Positions 32,987 to 41,962 of a stretch of DNA of 42,669 nt are shown here, one piece after another. Under the pieces are notes generated by a model, which saw only the letters and a list, made by a program, of their open reading frames with translations, was not told where the DNA came from and searched no databases. The stretch's first letter is position 1; every line of letters begins with the position of its first letter. Location of the stretch: IMG/VR virus record IMGVR_UViG_3300037311_000008, positions 1 to 42,669 of that record, one strand, 5' to 3'. The position numbers and the translations under genes were made by a program. Source of the stretch: a virus.

Positions 32987-33346
32987 ATGGCAGCAGTATC
33001 AACATTCATCGCAGTCGGAGCAATCGCAGCAGTCGGAGCAGCGGCCTATGGCTCTATCTCTCAAGCTCAGGAAGCAAAGAAAGCTCGCAAAGCTGGAGAA
33101 GCGGCAGCAGCTCAGCAGTACGCACAACAAGAACAACTGATGAACGAAGAGAAAGAACAGCGCCGAAGACAAGAAGAACGAGAAGCGAACGCCGCTGCGA
33201 CAGTTACTGGCAATCAAAACCGAGACGCTTCTAAACGTCGAGGCATGGGCGCTGGCTCAGGCGGCGTGAAAGATAACGTATTAACTTCCCCCCTCGGCGT
33301 TCAAGGTCAAGCCAACACTGGCGGCAAGAGCGTCTTAGGTGTGTAA
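32987..33346 (+). CDS. Small virion-module protein with N-terminal Gly/Ala membrane helix (119 aa)
   Basis: MAAVSTFIAVGAIAAVGAAAYGSISQAQEAKKARKA is paralogous to the N-terminus of 5276..5824. It is followed by a charged coil and a Gly-rich tail. Confidence 0.55.
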   Translation: MAAVSTFIAVGAIAAVGAAAYGSISQAQEAKKARKAGEAAAAQQYAQQEQLMNEEKEQRRRQEEREANAAATVTGNQNRDASKRRGMGAGSGGVKDNVLTSPLGVQGQANTGGKSVLGV

Positions 33347-35104
33347 ATGAATAAAAACTTATACGAGTCAAAGAAACACATGGATGAACTGCTCAGGTCT
33401 CAATTAGAGCTTGAGCGAGCTACATTCATCAGCCACTGGTCGGAGCTTGGACAGTATATCTTTCCACGCCGTCCACGCTTCAGCATTGAAGATGTGAATA
33501 AAGGCGACCGAAGAAATGACTCGATCATAGATTCGACTGCGACTTATGCAGCAAGAACTCTCGCATCAGGAATGATGAGTGGAGTAACATCTCCAGCTCG
33601 ACCTTGGTTCAGACTTGCGATGCCAGACCCTGGAATGCAAGAGAACTCCAATATAAAAATGTGGCTCTATACAGTGAGCCAAAGAATGAGCGCGATCTTT
33701 CTGCGCTCCAATCTTTACAACGTCCTTCCAATTATTTACGGCGACATGGGAACTTTCGGAACAGCTTGTATGTTCGTTGAAGAAGACTTCGACGGCGATG
33801 TGATGAGGTTCTATCCTTTCGCTATTGGCGAGTATGCGATCTCGAACAACTCAAAACTAAAGGTCGATACTTTCATCAGAGAATTCAAGCTCACCACACG
33901 TCAACTCATTGAGAAGTTCGGCGAGTTCGATGACAATAATAAGATAAAGAACTGGGATATCTTTTCGGCAACAGTCAAAAACAACTACGAGAATGGCCAC
34001 TTGGAAGCCTATGTTGACGTTTGTCATGTGGTTAAACCGAATCCTATGTATCATCCAAAGAAAGCGCAGATTGATTCCAAGTCGAAGAAGTACATCTCAA
34101 AGTATTATGAGCGTGGGAAAGACGGCTCGAAGTATCGCGCTCCACAAGATGACATCTATCTTCGCGAAGCAGGATATGACTATTTCCCTGTTCTTGCTCC
34201 ACGTTGGGAAGTGAACGGCGAAGATGCTTATGGAACAAACTGTCCAGGCATGATCGCACTTGGCGATATTAAACAGCTTCAACTTGGCGAGCGTCGCATG
34301 ATGCAAGCTATTGAGAAGATGGTTAACCCCCCAATGACTGCGCCAACAGCGATGAAGCAATCGAAGACTTCAATCCTTCCAGGCGATGTGACCTATGTTG
34401 ACGTTAGAGACAATCAACAAGGCTTCCGTCCAGCTCATGAAGTGAATCCAAGAGTTCAAGAGCTTGCGTTCAAGCAGCAGGAAGTTCAACGTCGCATTCA
34501 ACGTGCGTACTTTGAAGACTTGTTCTTGATGCTTGCAAGTTCTACTCGCCGAGAAATCACAGCTCGAGAGATTGAAGAGCGACATGAAGAGAAGCTTCTG
34601 GCCTTAGGTCCAGTTCTTGAGCAGTTAAATCAAGACTTGCTTGACCCTTTAATTGAGATCGCTTTTCAGATCGCGCTTCGACAAAACCTATTTCCGCCGC
34701 CGCCTGAAGAGCTTCAAGGTTCTCAGCTTAAAGTGGAATACATCTCTGTGATGGCTCAGGCTCAGAAGCTTGTCGGTATCGCAGGGCTTGAGAGATTCGC
34801 AGGATTCGCTCAAGGAGTTGTCGCAGTTAATCCTGAAGCTCTTGATAAAATCGACGTTGACCAGATGCTTGATGTTTATAGCGATGCAGTTTCGATTGCT
34901 CCGAACATTGTTCGTAGTGATGAGGAAGTGGCAGAGATCAGACAAGCAAGAGCGCAGGCTCAGGCACAACAACAAAGAATGCAGCAGCTTCAAGAAGGTG
35001 CGAATGCTGCGAAGACTTTCTCGCAAGCTAGTACGACAGGAGACAATGCTCTATCTCGTATGATCGAAGGTGCGAAAGCGAACCAATTAGTTGAGGGCGC
35101 ATGA
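33347..35104 (+). CDS. Portal protein (T7 gp8 head-to-tail connector type)
   Basis: 585 aa. RRNDSIIDSTATYAARTLASGMMSGVTSPARPWFRL is the hallmark N-terminal block of the podovirus connector family. It lies upstream of the scaffold and capsid genes. Confidence 0.9.
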   Translation: MNKNLYESKKHMDELLRSQLELERATFISHWSELGQYIFPRRPRFSIEDVNKGDRRNDSIIDSTATYAARTLASGMMSGVTSPARPWFRLAMPDPGMQENSNIKMWLYTVSQRMSAIFLRSNLYNVLPIIYGDMGTFGTACMFVEEDFDGDVMRFYPFAIGEYAISNNSKLKVDTFIREFKLTTRQLIEKFGEFDDNNKIKNWDIFSATVKNNYENGHLEAYVDVCHVVKPNPMYHPKKAQIDSKSKKYISKYYERGKDGSKYRAPQDDIYLREAGYDYFPVLAPRWEVNGEDAYGTNCPGMIALGDIKQLQLGERRMMQAIEKMVNPPMTAPTAMKQSKTSILPGDVTYVDVRDNQQGFRPAHEVNPRVQELAFKQQEVQRRIQRAYFEDLFLMLASSTRREITAREIEERHEEKLLALGPVLEQLNQDLLDPLIEIAFQIALRQNLFPPPPEELQGSQLKVEYISVMAQAQKLVGIAGLERFAGFAQGVVAVNPEALDKIDVDQMLDVYSDAVSIAPNIVRSDEEVAEIRQARAQAQAQQQRMQQLQEGANAAKTFSQASTTGDNALSRMIEGAKANQLVEGA

Positions 35105-35415
35105 AGAAGAACGAAGTAAAGAACGCAGCAGATGAAAAGAAGATTGCAGAAGTCGGAGAGAAAGAAGACCGCGAGCGCGAGATGCAGCTTGCAGACCTTC
35201 GTTTTATTCTCGGCTCTCCGCAAGGAAGAAGATTCATCTGGAGATTGTTAGGTCACTGTCGCGTGTTCTCTTCTATCTTTAACCACAGTGGAAGCATGAC
35301 CTATTATAATTCTGGAATGCAAGATGTCGGTCACTTTGTACAGGCTGAAGTGATCGAAGCAAAGAGAGAAGCCTATTTTGAAATGATGAGAGAGAACGAG
35401 AAAGGGAACAAATAA
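35101..35415 (+). CDS. Bbp19-like small head-module protein
   Basis: 104 aa, ATGA-coupled to the portal gene. RFILGSPQGRRFIWRLLGHCRVFSSIFNHSGSMTYYNSGMQDVGHFV resembles BPP-1 Bbp19-type proteins, which sit between portal and scaffold. Confidence 0.6.
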   Translation: MKKNEVKNAADEKKIAEVGEKEDREREMQLADLRFILGSPQGRRFIWRLLGHCRVFSSIFNHSGSMTYYNSGMQDVGHFVQAEVIEAKREAYFEMMRENEKGNK

Positions 35416-36113
35416 TGTCCGAACCAACAACGACCGAACAGACGCATGAATCACAAACAAGTGCTGATGTTCTGTATAGCGAAACTCCTGCGACTCCAGC
35501 TCCAACAGAGCCAGCCGCAACAGTACCGCCAGCAGAACCAGCTACTCCGAACGCTGAGCCTGCAAAGCCTACTGAGGAAGCAGCCGCAACGGACCCACAG
35601 AAAACCGACGATAAGAGCAAAGACAATGTTGACCAGACTAAGGACAAAAACTCTAAGCCAGAGAAGTATGACCTGAAGCTGCCAGACAAATCTCCAGTCG
35701 AACCCAGTCGAATTGCGGAAATTGAAGCCGAGGCTAAGGCTCAAGGACTCACGCAAGAACAGGCTCAAGGGTTAGTAGACAGAGAACATAAAGTCGTTAG
35801 CAATCTTATCGAGACTCACGCCAAGCGCGTTGAAGGCTGGTTAAGTGAAGCCACATCTGACAAAGAAATTGGCGGCACTGAAATCAATCGCAACATCGAA
35901 TTAGCAAAGCGTGTGGTCGATACATACGGCTCACCATTGTTTAAGCAATATCTGGAAACGTCTGGTCTCGGCCAGCATCCTGAGATGCTTAGACTTTTCG
36001 TTCGCATCGGAAAGGCATCAGGCGAAGACCGTTTAGTGGCAGGCTCGAAAGGGATTGCTGCGAAACCGAAGTCGGCTGCTGACCTACTTTTCGGAGACGA
36101 ATCTAACCAATAA
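35415..36113 (+). CDS. Scaffolding protein
   Basis: 232 aa with a Pro/Ala/Glu-rich N-terminus followed by helical segments. It lies between the portal and major capsid genes. Confidence 0.7.
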   Translation: MSEPTTTEQTHESQTSADVLYSETPATPAPTEPAATVPPAEPATPNAEPAKPTEEAAATDPQKTDDKSKDNVDQTKDKNSKPEKYDLKLPDKSPVEPSRIAEIEAEAKAQGLTQEQAQGLVDREHKVVSNLIETHAKRVEGWLSEATSDKEIGGTEINRNIELAKRVVDTYGSPLFKQYLETSGLGQHPEMLRLFVRIGKASGEDRLVAGSKGIAAKPKSAADLLFGDESNQ

Positions 36114-36130
36114 TTTAAAAGGAGTTTAAC

Positions 36131-37141
36131 ATGGCAGTATTAGGACAAAACGTATTAACTTTAATGGACTGGGCTAAACGCCTTGACCCAAACGGCAAGA
36201 CAGCAGCCGTTGTTGAGTTGTTGTCACAGACAAACGAGATTCTCACAGACATGAAATGGATGGAAGGTAACTTGCCAACAGGTCACAGAACGACTGTTCG
36301 CACAGGTCTTCCTACTGTTTACTGGCGCTTATTGAACCAAGGGGTTCAACCTTCTAAGTCTACAACGACTCAGATTGATGAAGGCGTTGGTATGCTAGAA
36401 GCATGGTCTGAAATCGACGTTGACCTTGCGGCATTAAACGGAAACACAAATGATTTCCGTCTTAGCGAAGCGAACGCTTTCGTTGAGTCAATGAACATCG
36501 AGATGGCACAGACTACTTTCTACGGAAACAGCGGCGTGGCTCCTGAAGAGTTCAACGGACTTTCAGTTCGTTACTCTCAGAAGTCTGGCGCAGCTAACGG
36601 CAAGAACATCATTCTTGGCGGCGGCGCTGGTTCTGATAACACGTCAATCTGGTTATGCGTATGGGGCGCGAACAGCATTCATGGAATCTTCCCTAAAGGT
36701 TCTAAAGCTGGTCTTGTTCATGAGAACAAAGGCAAGCAAGTTGTTCATAACGCTGGCGGCGTAGCAGGCGCGAAGATGGACGCATATCAAGACAAGTGGC
36801 AGTGGAAGTGCGGTATCGCTCTTCGCGACTGGCGCTTTGTTTCTCGTATGGCTAACATCGACGTGTCGAACCTTGTTGCGAAATCTTCTGCTGCTGACCT
36901 TATCGAAGGTATGGTGAAGATGATGCACGCAATCGGTCCTGCACAGCTTCGTATGGGAACTCCAGTGTTCTATATGAACAGAACTGTGTTCCAGATGTTA
37001 GACATTCAACGTCGTGACGATGTTGTAACTGGCGGCGGTCTACAGTTCTCGAACGTGGACGGTCAAGTTCAGTACACATTCCGTGGCATTCCTGTTCGCG
37101 TGTGTGACGCGATCTTGGAAACAGAAGGTCTTGTATCCTAA
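36131..37141 (+). CDS. Major capsid protein (HK97 fold, BPP-1 Bbp17-like)
   Basis: 336 aa with a strong AAGGAG RBS. It follows the scaffold gene and is followed by a hairpin terminator. NLPTGHRTTVRTGLPTVYWRLLNQGV resembles this capsid family from memory. Confidence 0.85.
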   Translation: MAVLGQNVLTLMDWAKRLDPNGKTAAVVELLSQTNEILTDMKWMEGNLPTGHRTTVRTGLPTVYWRLLNQGVQPSKSTTTQIDEGVGMLEAWSEIDVDLAALNGNTNDFRLSEANAFVESMNIEMAQTTFYGNSGVAPEEFNGLSVRYSQKSGAANGKNIILGGGAGSDNTSIWLCVWGANSIHGIFPKGSKAGLVHENKGKQVVHNAGGVAGAKMDAYQDKWQWKCGIALRDWRFVSRMANIDVSNLVAKSSAADLIEGMVKMMHAIGPAQLRMGTPVFYMNRTVFQMLDIQRRDDVVTGGGLQFSNVDGQVQYTFRGIPVRVCDAILETEGLVS

Positions 37142-37151
37142 CTAAGTTAGG

Positions 37152-37183
37152 GCCAGAGTTCGCTCTGGCTCTTCTCAATTTTT
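37152..37183 (+). terminator. Rho-independent terminator/attenuator after the major capsid gene
   Basis: GCCAGAG-TTCG-CTCTGGC (37152-37169; 7-bp stem, UUCG loop), followed by the T-rich CTTCTCAATTTTT. Confidence 0.55.
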
Positions 37184-37209
37184 AACCAATTTAATTAAAG
37201 GAGTTTATT

Positions 37210-37644
37210 ATGATTATGGACGTTCAAAACAGATTCAGCAATGCTCAGGCGATCACTGCAACAGCAGCTTCAACTGACATCGTTGATCTTGGAATCACTG
37301 GCAGAAACGTAGGCGTTGGAGAAGACGTGTATCTTGTTGCTCAAGTTGTATCTGCATTCACAGATACAGGCAGTGACTCAACTGTTACTGTTACGGCAGA
37401 GACAGATGACAACACAGGTATGTCTTCAGCGACTACAGTGGCAACACTTGGAACTTTCGCAGCATTGTCTGCTGTTGGAAGTCGCCTTGTTATCAAGCTT
37501 CCTATCGCTAACCTTGAGCGATACTTGGGTCTTCGCTACACAGTATCAGGTGGAAACTTGACTACTGGAGCGATCACTGCCTTCTTAACTAAAGACATCG
37601 ACGCTTATAAGTCATACGCTGACAACAGCGCATTTACTTCATAA
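37210..37644 (+). CDS. Capsid cement/decoration protein (BPP-1 Bbp16-like)
   Basis: 144 aa with AAGGAG RBS. NAQAITATAASTDIVDLG..DVYLVAQVVSAFTDTGSDSTVTVTAETDDN..YLGLRYTVSGGNLTTGAITAFL is a jelly-roll cement-type pattern, directly after the capsid gene. Confidence 0.65.
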   Translation: MIMDVQNRFSNAQAITATAASTDIVDLGITGRNVGVGEDVYLVAQVVSAFTDTGSDSTVTVTAETDDNTGMSSATTVATLGTFAALSAVGSRLVIKLPIANLERYLGLRYTVSGGNLTTGAITAFLTKDIDAYKSYADNSAFTS

Positions 37645-37667
37645 GCTGAGTAACAAAGGAGTATATC

Positions 37668-37886
37668 ATGAGAGTGCAAGCAATCGAGTTAGGCTACTAC
37701 GCCGAGAGACGCATGAGACCGGGTCAAGTGTTCACACTTTCCAGTCGCGATCATTTCTCCGAGAAATGGATGAAGTCTCTTGAAGGCAAAGCTGTGAAAG
37801 GCCAGAAGCCTAGCAAGAAAGACACTCATTCCGATGACATCGAAGAGCAAGAGCCGCAAGGCACTGGCGATCAAGACGTTATCTAG
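37668..37886 (+). CDS. Small conserved head-module protein (72 aa)
   Basis: RBS AAGGAG. LGYYAERRMRPGQVFTLSSRDHFSEKWMKSL resembles a recurring phage motif (G.vF.l....FS..WM). Function unknown. Confidence 0.55.
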   Translation: MRVQAIELGYYAERRMRPGQVFTLSSRDHFSEKWMKSLEGKAVKGQKPSKKDTHSDDIEEQEPQGTGDQDVI

Positions 37887-37894
37887 GAATAGAA

Positions 37895-37928
37895 GGCGGG
37901 CTTGAGCGATTGAGCCTGCCGCTTTCTT
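37895..37928 (+). terminator. Possible terminator after the head operon
   Basis: GGCGGGCTT / GAGCCTGCC hairpin (37895-37920, includes G-U pairs), followed by GCTTTCTT. The T-tract is weak. Confidence 0.35.
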
Positions 37929-37938
37929 GTGGAGAAAT

Positions 37939-38265
37939 ATGAAAAGGCAGTCAGATGAAGTCTATTTATTGAAAGATGAGACGACGACAGGAGCAGGAAC
38001 TCCTCATCGTCCTTGGGGCGCTAAGCGTTCTTTTCTCGTATTCGGTCAGACAACATCTGGAAGCGGAGCTGCTCAAGTGCAGATCGAATTCTCCAATAGT
38101 CGAAGCGGTCCGTTTGTCACTGGCATTATCTTCAATCTAACTCTGAGTGATTCATCAGTCGATGCAGATGGGGAAACAACAGACGCGCCTTGGGTTTATG
38201 TGCGAGCGAATGTTGTGTCCATCTCAGGAACTGGCGCATCACTGAGCGTTACAATGGGAAGCTAA
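37939..38265 (+). CDS. Small beta-rich virion protein, paralogue A (108 aa) of 41959..42297
   Basis: Start moved to the ATG at 37939 (RBS GGAGA), so that both paralogues begin with MKRQ. Shared blocks are G.TTSGSGAA.V.I..SN, LTL, DA.W.YVRA.V.SISGTGAS..V.MG. Confidence 0.7.
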   Translation: MKRQSDEVYLLKDETTTGAGTPHRPWGAKRSFLVFGQTTSGSGAAQVQIEFSNSRSGPFVTGIIFNLTLSDSSVDADGETTDAPWVYVRANVVSISGTGASLSVTMGS

Positions 38266-38268
38266 GCC

Positions 38269-38850
38269 GTGGGAAAAGTTGTCTATCGCGGAATAACTGG
38301 AACTCCCGGAAATGAAACGGAGTTTTATCCGAACTTTGCGAGCTTCCCTGTAGTCGGTCAAGGCGGCGTTTTGTATGTCGATCAGGGAACAGGGAATATG
38401 TATCTCTGGGATGGCATCATGTACGACCAGACAGCAGGCGGTGGCGGCGGTCCTTCAGATACTGATGGCCTGCCAGAAGGAACGACGAACCTTTACTACA
38501 CAGATGCGAGAGTCGAGACTGTGATAGGAGCCGCTTCTGTAAACGACTTGGCTGATGTGTTCGCAAGATTCCCGAATGAAGGAGATATTCTTTATTATAC
38601 TTCGGGAAGCTGGAACAATACGCCGATAGAGGATGTGGTTATGAAGCAATATAAATTATTGATGGACGATGTTTCTGCAACGGTCTCTTATATTGGCGAA
38701 GCTCTTCCGGGTTCGGATGTGGCTGACCCTGCATGGAGAATCAAGAAACTCGACACATCTTCTGACCCAGAAGTTCAAGTGACATGGGCAGACGGAACAG
38801 CAGATTTTGACAAAGTATGGAATGACAGAGCAACATATACTTATTCTTAA
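38269..38850 (+). CDS. Short tail fibre / appendage protein (193 aa)
   Basis: GTG start 3 nt after the upstream stop, as in the paralogous cassette. YPNFASFPVVGQGGVLYVDQGTGNMYLWDG parallels HPNFASFPVTGTSGILYIDTGLNDLYLWTG. TDGLPEGTTNLYYTDARV is a fibre-type motif. The C-terminus is YIGEALPGSDVADPAWRIKKL...VTWADGTADFDKVWNDRATYTY. Confidence 0.7.
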   Translation: MGKVVYRGITGTPGNETEFYPNFASFPVVGQGGVLYVDQGTGNMYLWDGIMYDQTAGGGGGPSDTDGLPEGTTNLYYTDARVETVIGAASVNDLADVFARFPNEGDILYYTSGSWNNTPIEDVVMKQYKLLMDDVSATVSYIGEALPGSDVADPAWRIKKLDTSSDPEVQVTWADGTADFDKVWNDRATYTYS

Positions 38851-38861
38851 AGGGGGAATAA

Positions 38862-39269
38862 ATGTCGTTTAGTAACACAGCCGAGACAGCAGTTCTCGAA
38901 CAAGTCTTTAAAGGAACAGCACTTCCTTGGAACGCCAATACAGATTTATGGATTGCACTTCACACAGCAGACCCCGGCGAAGCTGGCTCCGCCGTAACAA
39001 GTGAGACTTCCTATGGCGGATATGCTCGCGTTGCTCTTGATAGAGCTACAGAGATAACAGTATCGGGAGCAGTCGTTTCTAACACAGCACTTGCTCAGTT
39101 CCCACAGTGTTCTTCTGGAACAGCGACAATCACTCACGCTTCGATTGTAACAACAGCATCAGGAGCTGGAACAATCATCGCAAGAGCTGCATTGAATACT
39201 TCGATTCCAGTATCAACAGGGATTCAGCCACAGTTCGCAGCGAACGCTTTATCATTCACTCTGGACTAA
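38862..39269 (+). CDS. Conserved virion-associated protein (135 aa)
   Basis: RBS AAGGGGGAATAA. TAVLEQVFKGTALPWNANTDLWIALHTADPGEAGS..ETSYGGYARVAL matches a common phage family of unknown function that I recall from tail-fibre neighbourhoods. Confidence 0.55.
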   Translation: MSFSNTAETAVLEQVFKGTALPWNANTDLWIALHTADPGEAGSAVTSETSYGGYARVALDRATEITVSGAVVSNTALAQFPQCSSGTATITHASIVTTASGAGTIIARAALNTSIPVSTGIQPQFAANALSFTLD

Positions 39270-39272
39270 TTG

Positions 39273-40130
39273 ATGAGCATTCAGAGCTTTGGAGATATTT
39301 CTTCAGCTTTAGAGAATGGCAGAGAATGGCGCAGTTATGTGACAAAGCTAACTACGCCAGCCGCTGCTGCTGCCGGGTTCTTCGTTGACTTGAATCAGTC
39401 ATCAGGAGTTCCGAAGTATAACCCATTGTCAGGAACAGAGTTGACGGCGACCCCTTTAAACAACTCTGGAAACTTTGGAGTCTATCCCGGAAACTATATT
39501 CCCGGCATGAAAAAGTATCTTCAACGATGGCAAGGTTTATGCTCAGGAACAGGAGCAGCTCCTTCGCTTGTGTATCTGTGCGACTATCTCATGTACTACA
39601 CTTTGATTGACGGAGATTCTGTTGATCTTCAAGAGATGGATAACACGCTTTCTCTTCCTCGATACACAACTGGAGCAGGAGTTCGCGCGGCTTTCGTAGG
39701 GCTTGCTCCTTCATCTATTTATGCAGTTCTCACGATGAACTACATCAATCAAGACGGAGTGGCGAAAAGTTCTCAGGCTCGCATGGCTCCATGTACGAAC
39801 ATCGGAAACATGGCAACGATGGGAGATATAAACGGAACGAACGGAGCAATATCTCCATTCTTTCCACTCGCAAGTGGAGACTCAGGAATCAGGTCAGTGA
39901 CAAGTGTTCAGCTTGCAGGAGCCACTGGCGGCTTCTTCTGTCTTGTTCTTGTGAAGCCGATTGCTGAACTCAATATCATAGAGATAGATGTTCCGGCAGA
40001 GAAAGTCTTTGGACTCGACAAATATGTTCTCCCTGAAATTGTTGAGGGCGCACACTTAAATTTTATGATGCTAAGAAACGCAACGAACGCTGCTGCATTT
40101 AGATCAGAACTAACTTTTATAAACGTATAG
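39273..40130 (+). CDS. Virion (tail/fibre-associated) protein, tandem paralogue 1
   Basis: 285 aa from the ATG at 39273. It shares LVYLCDYLMYY/LMLVDMQCYY, LPRYTTGAGVRAAFV/LRYVNGVGVRAYFV, YINQDG/YTNQAG, PFFPLASGDSGIRSV/PFLPLASGDTGVQSV and LVKPI/LARPI with the next gene. Confidence 0.6.
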   Translation: MSIQSFGDISSALENGREWRSYVTKLTTPAAAAAGFFVDLNQSSGVPKYNPLSGTELTATPLNNSGNFGVYPGNYIPGMKKYLQRWQGLCSGTGAAPSLVYLCDYLMYYTLIDGDSVDLQEMDNTLSLPRYTTGAGVRAAFVGLAPSSIYAVLTMNYINQDGVAKSSQARMAPCTNIGNMATMGDINGTNGAISPFFPLASGDSGIRSVTSVQLAGATGGFFCLVLVKPIAELNIIEIDVPAEKVFGLDKYVLPEIVEGAHLNFMMLRNATNAAAFRSELTFINV

Positions 40131-40139
40131 GAGACACAC

Positions 40140-41009
40140 ATGGGCTTTTCATCAATGGATGATTTTATTCAGGAGACAACAGTCAACGGCAAGTTCTGGC
40201 GAGCAGACTGGAACAAGATAACAGGAGCTGCTGCTTATGCTGCTGGTCGTTGGTATGACTTCAGTCCACTCAACGGAACCCCTGTTGCGAACGCGTGGAC
40301 TGGAACAGCTCTTGCGTGTCAGAACGTGAGCAATACAAACGGCTTCAGTCTGTGGCATGGCGGAAACGTCTCAGCAGATACAAAGCATCTTCTCAACGCG
40401 GCGGCAGTGACTGCTGTTGCGACTGGCGTTCCTGCTCAACTGATGCTTGTTGATATGCAGTGCTACTATCCCGGAATCAGTGTCAACTCAGGAACTGCTC
40501 AGACTTTGACTGGAACCCCGACTCTTCGTTATGTGAACGGCGTAGGTGTGAGAGCATACTTTGTTATCACAACAACTTCAGGAGCTACGGCTCACAACAT
40601 CGCGCTTTCCTATACGAACCAAGCAGGAACAGCAGGACGAACTTTGCCTGTCACAACTTCGATGACAGCTTCTGCGATCACTCCACACATTGCTCACTCA
40701 GGAACGGCAGCTAACAACTACGGTCCTTTTCTCCCTCTGGCCTCTGGAGACACAGGCGTTCAGTCAGTTCAGACTTTGACTTTCTCGGCAGCTTCCGGCG
40801 CAGGGGTCGGAGCTTTGGTTCTGGCAAGACCTATCATGAGCATACCGATCACAACGGCAGCGATTGCAAGCGAGAGAGACTTTGTAAACCAGCTTCCTTC
40901 TTTTCCACGCATTCCAGACGGAGCGTGTTTAACTTGGCTTTACTTTGCTGGAGCGGCAACGGCTGCATCAACTAACTTCTATGGGTCGAATGACTTTGGA
41001 TGGGGTTAA
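40140..41009 (+). CDS. Virion (tail/fibre-associated) protein, tandem paralogue 2
   Basis: 289 aa. See the shared blocks listed for 39273..40130. Confidence 0.6.
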   Translation: MGFSSMDDFIQETTVNGKFWRADWNKITGAAAYAAGRWYDFSPLNGTPVANAWTGTALACQNVSNTNGFSLWHGGNVSADTKHLLNAAAVTAVATGVPAQLMLVDMQCYYPGISVNSGTAQTLTGTPTLRYVNGVGVRAYFVITTTSGATAHNIALSYTNQAGTAGRTLPVTTSMTASAITPHIAHSGTAANNYGPFLPLASGDTGVQSVQTLTFSAASGAGVGALVLARPIMSIPITTAAIASERDFVNQLPSFPRIPDGACLTWLYFAGAATAASTNFYGSNDFGWG

Positions 41010-41012
41010 TAA

Positions 41013-41765
41013 GTGGCTTTAACGAGAAACGTGAGAAACATTTATCAGAATCCGCTCAGAACTTCTGGCGGCTTTCTGGCTCATGAAGTCGGCGGCTCTA
41101 TAAAAGGCGGTCTTCGCAATCGCTTTTATGGAGCTTTCAATCAGAGATTCGGCGGCTGGCCTCAAGGTTATCTGCATGGAAGCTCTGTTGTTCTCCCTCA
41201 AAAAGCTGGAGCTATGAGTTCTCAGACAATAGCTCAGCTTATTATTGCAGGCGCAGGAACGCTGACCCCTGCTCAGCCGATGGACGGAAGTTCAACAATA
41301 ACTTTAAGTGTTGTGAACGCTCAACTTGATCAGATTGTTTCTGCTGTGGCTAACGGAACTCTTTCTCTCACGGCAGCTTCCGCTCTGCTTGCGGCGGCAG
41401 CATCTGGAGAAGCATCTTCAACGATGACTTTGACAAAGCTTGACGCTTTATGTGGTGCCATCTTCTCAGTGACTGCCGATGGAACTCTCACTCTTTCCCC
41501 TGATGTTTCATTGACTGCCACGGCGAACATGGAAGCAGAAGGCGGCGGTCCTACGCCACTCAGTCCTGAAGGATTGGCTCAAGCTGTATGGGAAGCGCAG
41601 ATCGCTTTATATAACGACGCTGGTTCAACTGGAGAAGCTCTCGCGAACGCAGGCTCAGCAGGCAATCCTTGGGATGCGCTGACCGCATCGAACAATGACC
41701 CTGGAACATTCGGGGAGCTTGTGCAGAAACTGCTCACAGTCGCTAAATTCTTGGGGTTAAAATGA
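41013..41765 (+). CDS. Virion protein with internal GTL(T/S)L-type repeats (250 aa)
   Basis: GTG start. Three related segments are AGTLTPAQPMDGSSTITLSV, NGTLSLTAASALL and ADGTLTLSPDVSLTATA. The C-terminus SPEGLAQAVWEAQIALYNDAGSTGEALANAG..FGELVQKLLTVAKFLGL resembles fibre/appendage tails seen in other phages. Confidence 0.55.
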   Translation: MALTRNVRNIYQNPLRTSGGFLAHEVGGSIKGGLRNRFYGAFNQRFGGWPQGYLHGSSVVLPQKAGAMSSQTIAQLIIAGAGTLTPAQPMDGSSTITLSVVNAQLDQIVSAVANGTLSLTAASALLAAAASGEASSTMTLTKLDALCGAIFSVTADGTLTLSPDVSLTATANMEAEGGGPTPLSPEGLAQAVWEAQIALYNDAGSTGEALANAGSAGNPWDALTASNNDPGTFGELVQKLLTVAKFLGLK

Positions 41766-41962
41766 CGAGAGTAGCCGTTGTCTTTAAGAATAAAATAGTT
41801 AAAATCGGAGTAGTCAGTGACGTTGATAGATTAAAGGCTGCACTTCAAAAAGGATGCGAAGTCTTTGAGATAGGAAACAAAGACCTAAAGCTTGGCTCAT
41901 CATGGTCAATGTTTCCAACAGTCAGAAAGTTCTCGCGCTGGCTTTCAGGGGGTTCTAAATGA
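41762..41962 (+). CDS. Small fibre-associated protein (66 aa), paralogue of 690..944
   Basis: ATGA-coupled at both ends. The N-terminus RVAVVFKNKIVKIGVVSD is like KYIIVKENVVKKVIVCDD. Confidence 0.55.
   Translation: MTRVAVVFKNKIVKIGVVSDVDRLKAALQKGCEVFEIGNKDLKLGSSWSMFPTVRKFSRWLSGGSK

Noticed and set aside
35279-35689. 136-aa and 105-aa minus-strand ORFs and a 76-aa plus-strand ORF inside the scaffold gene. Similar nested ORFs occur at 1236..1430, 1769..2098, 9874..10331, 13143..13827, 19977..20249 and 24553..24855.
   Set aside because: These are shadow ORFs in alternative frames of long, motif-supported genes. They are low-complexity and lack start signals.
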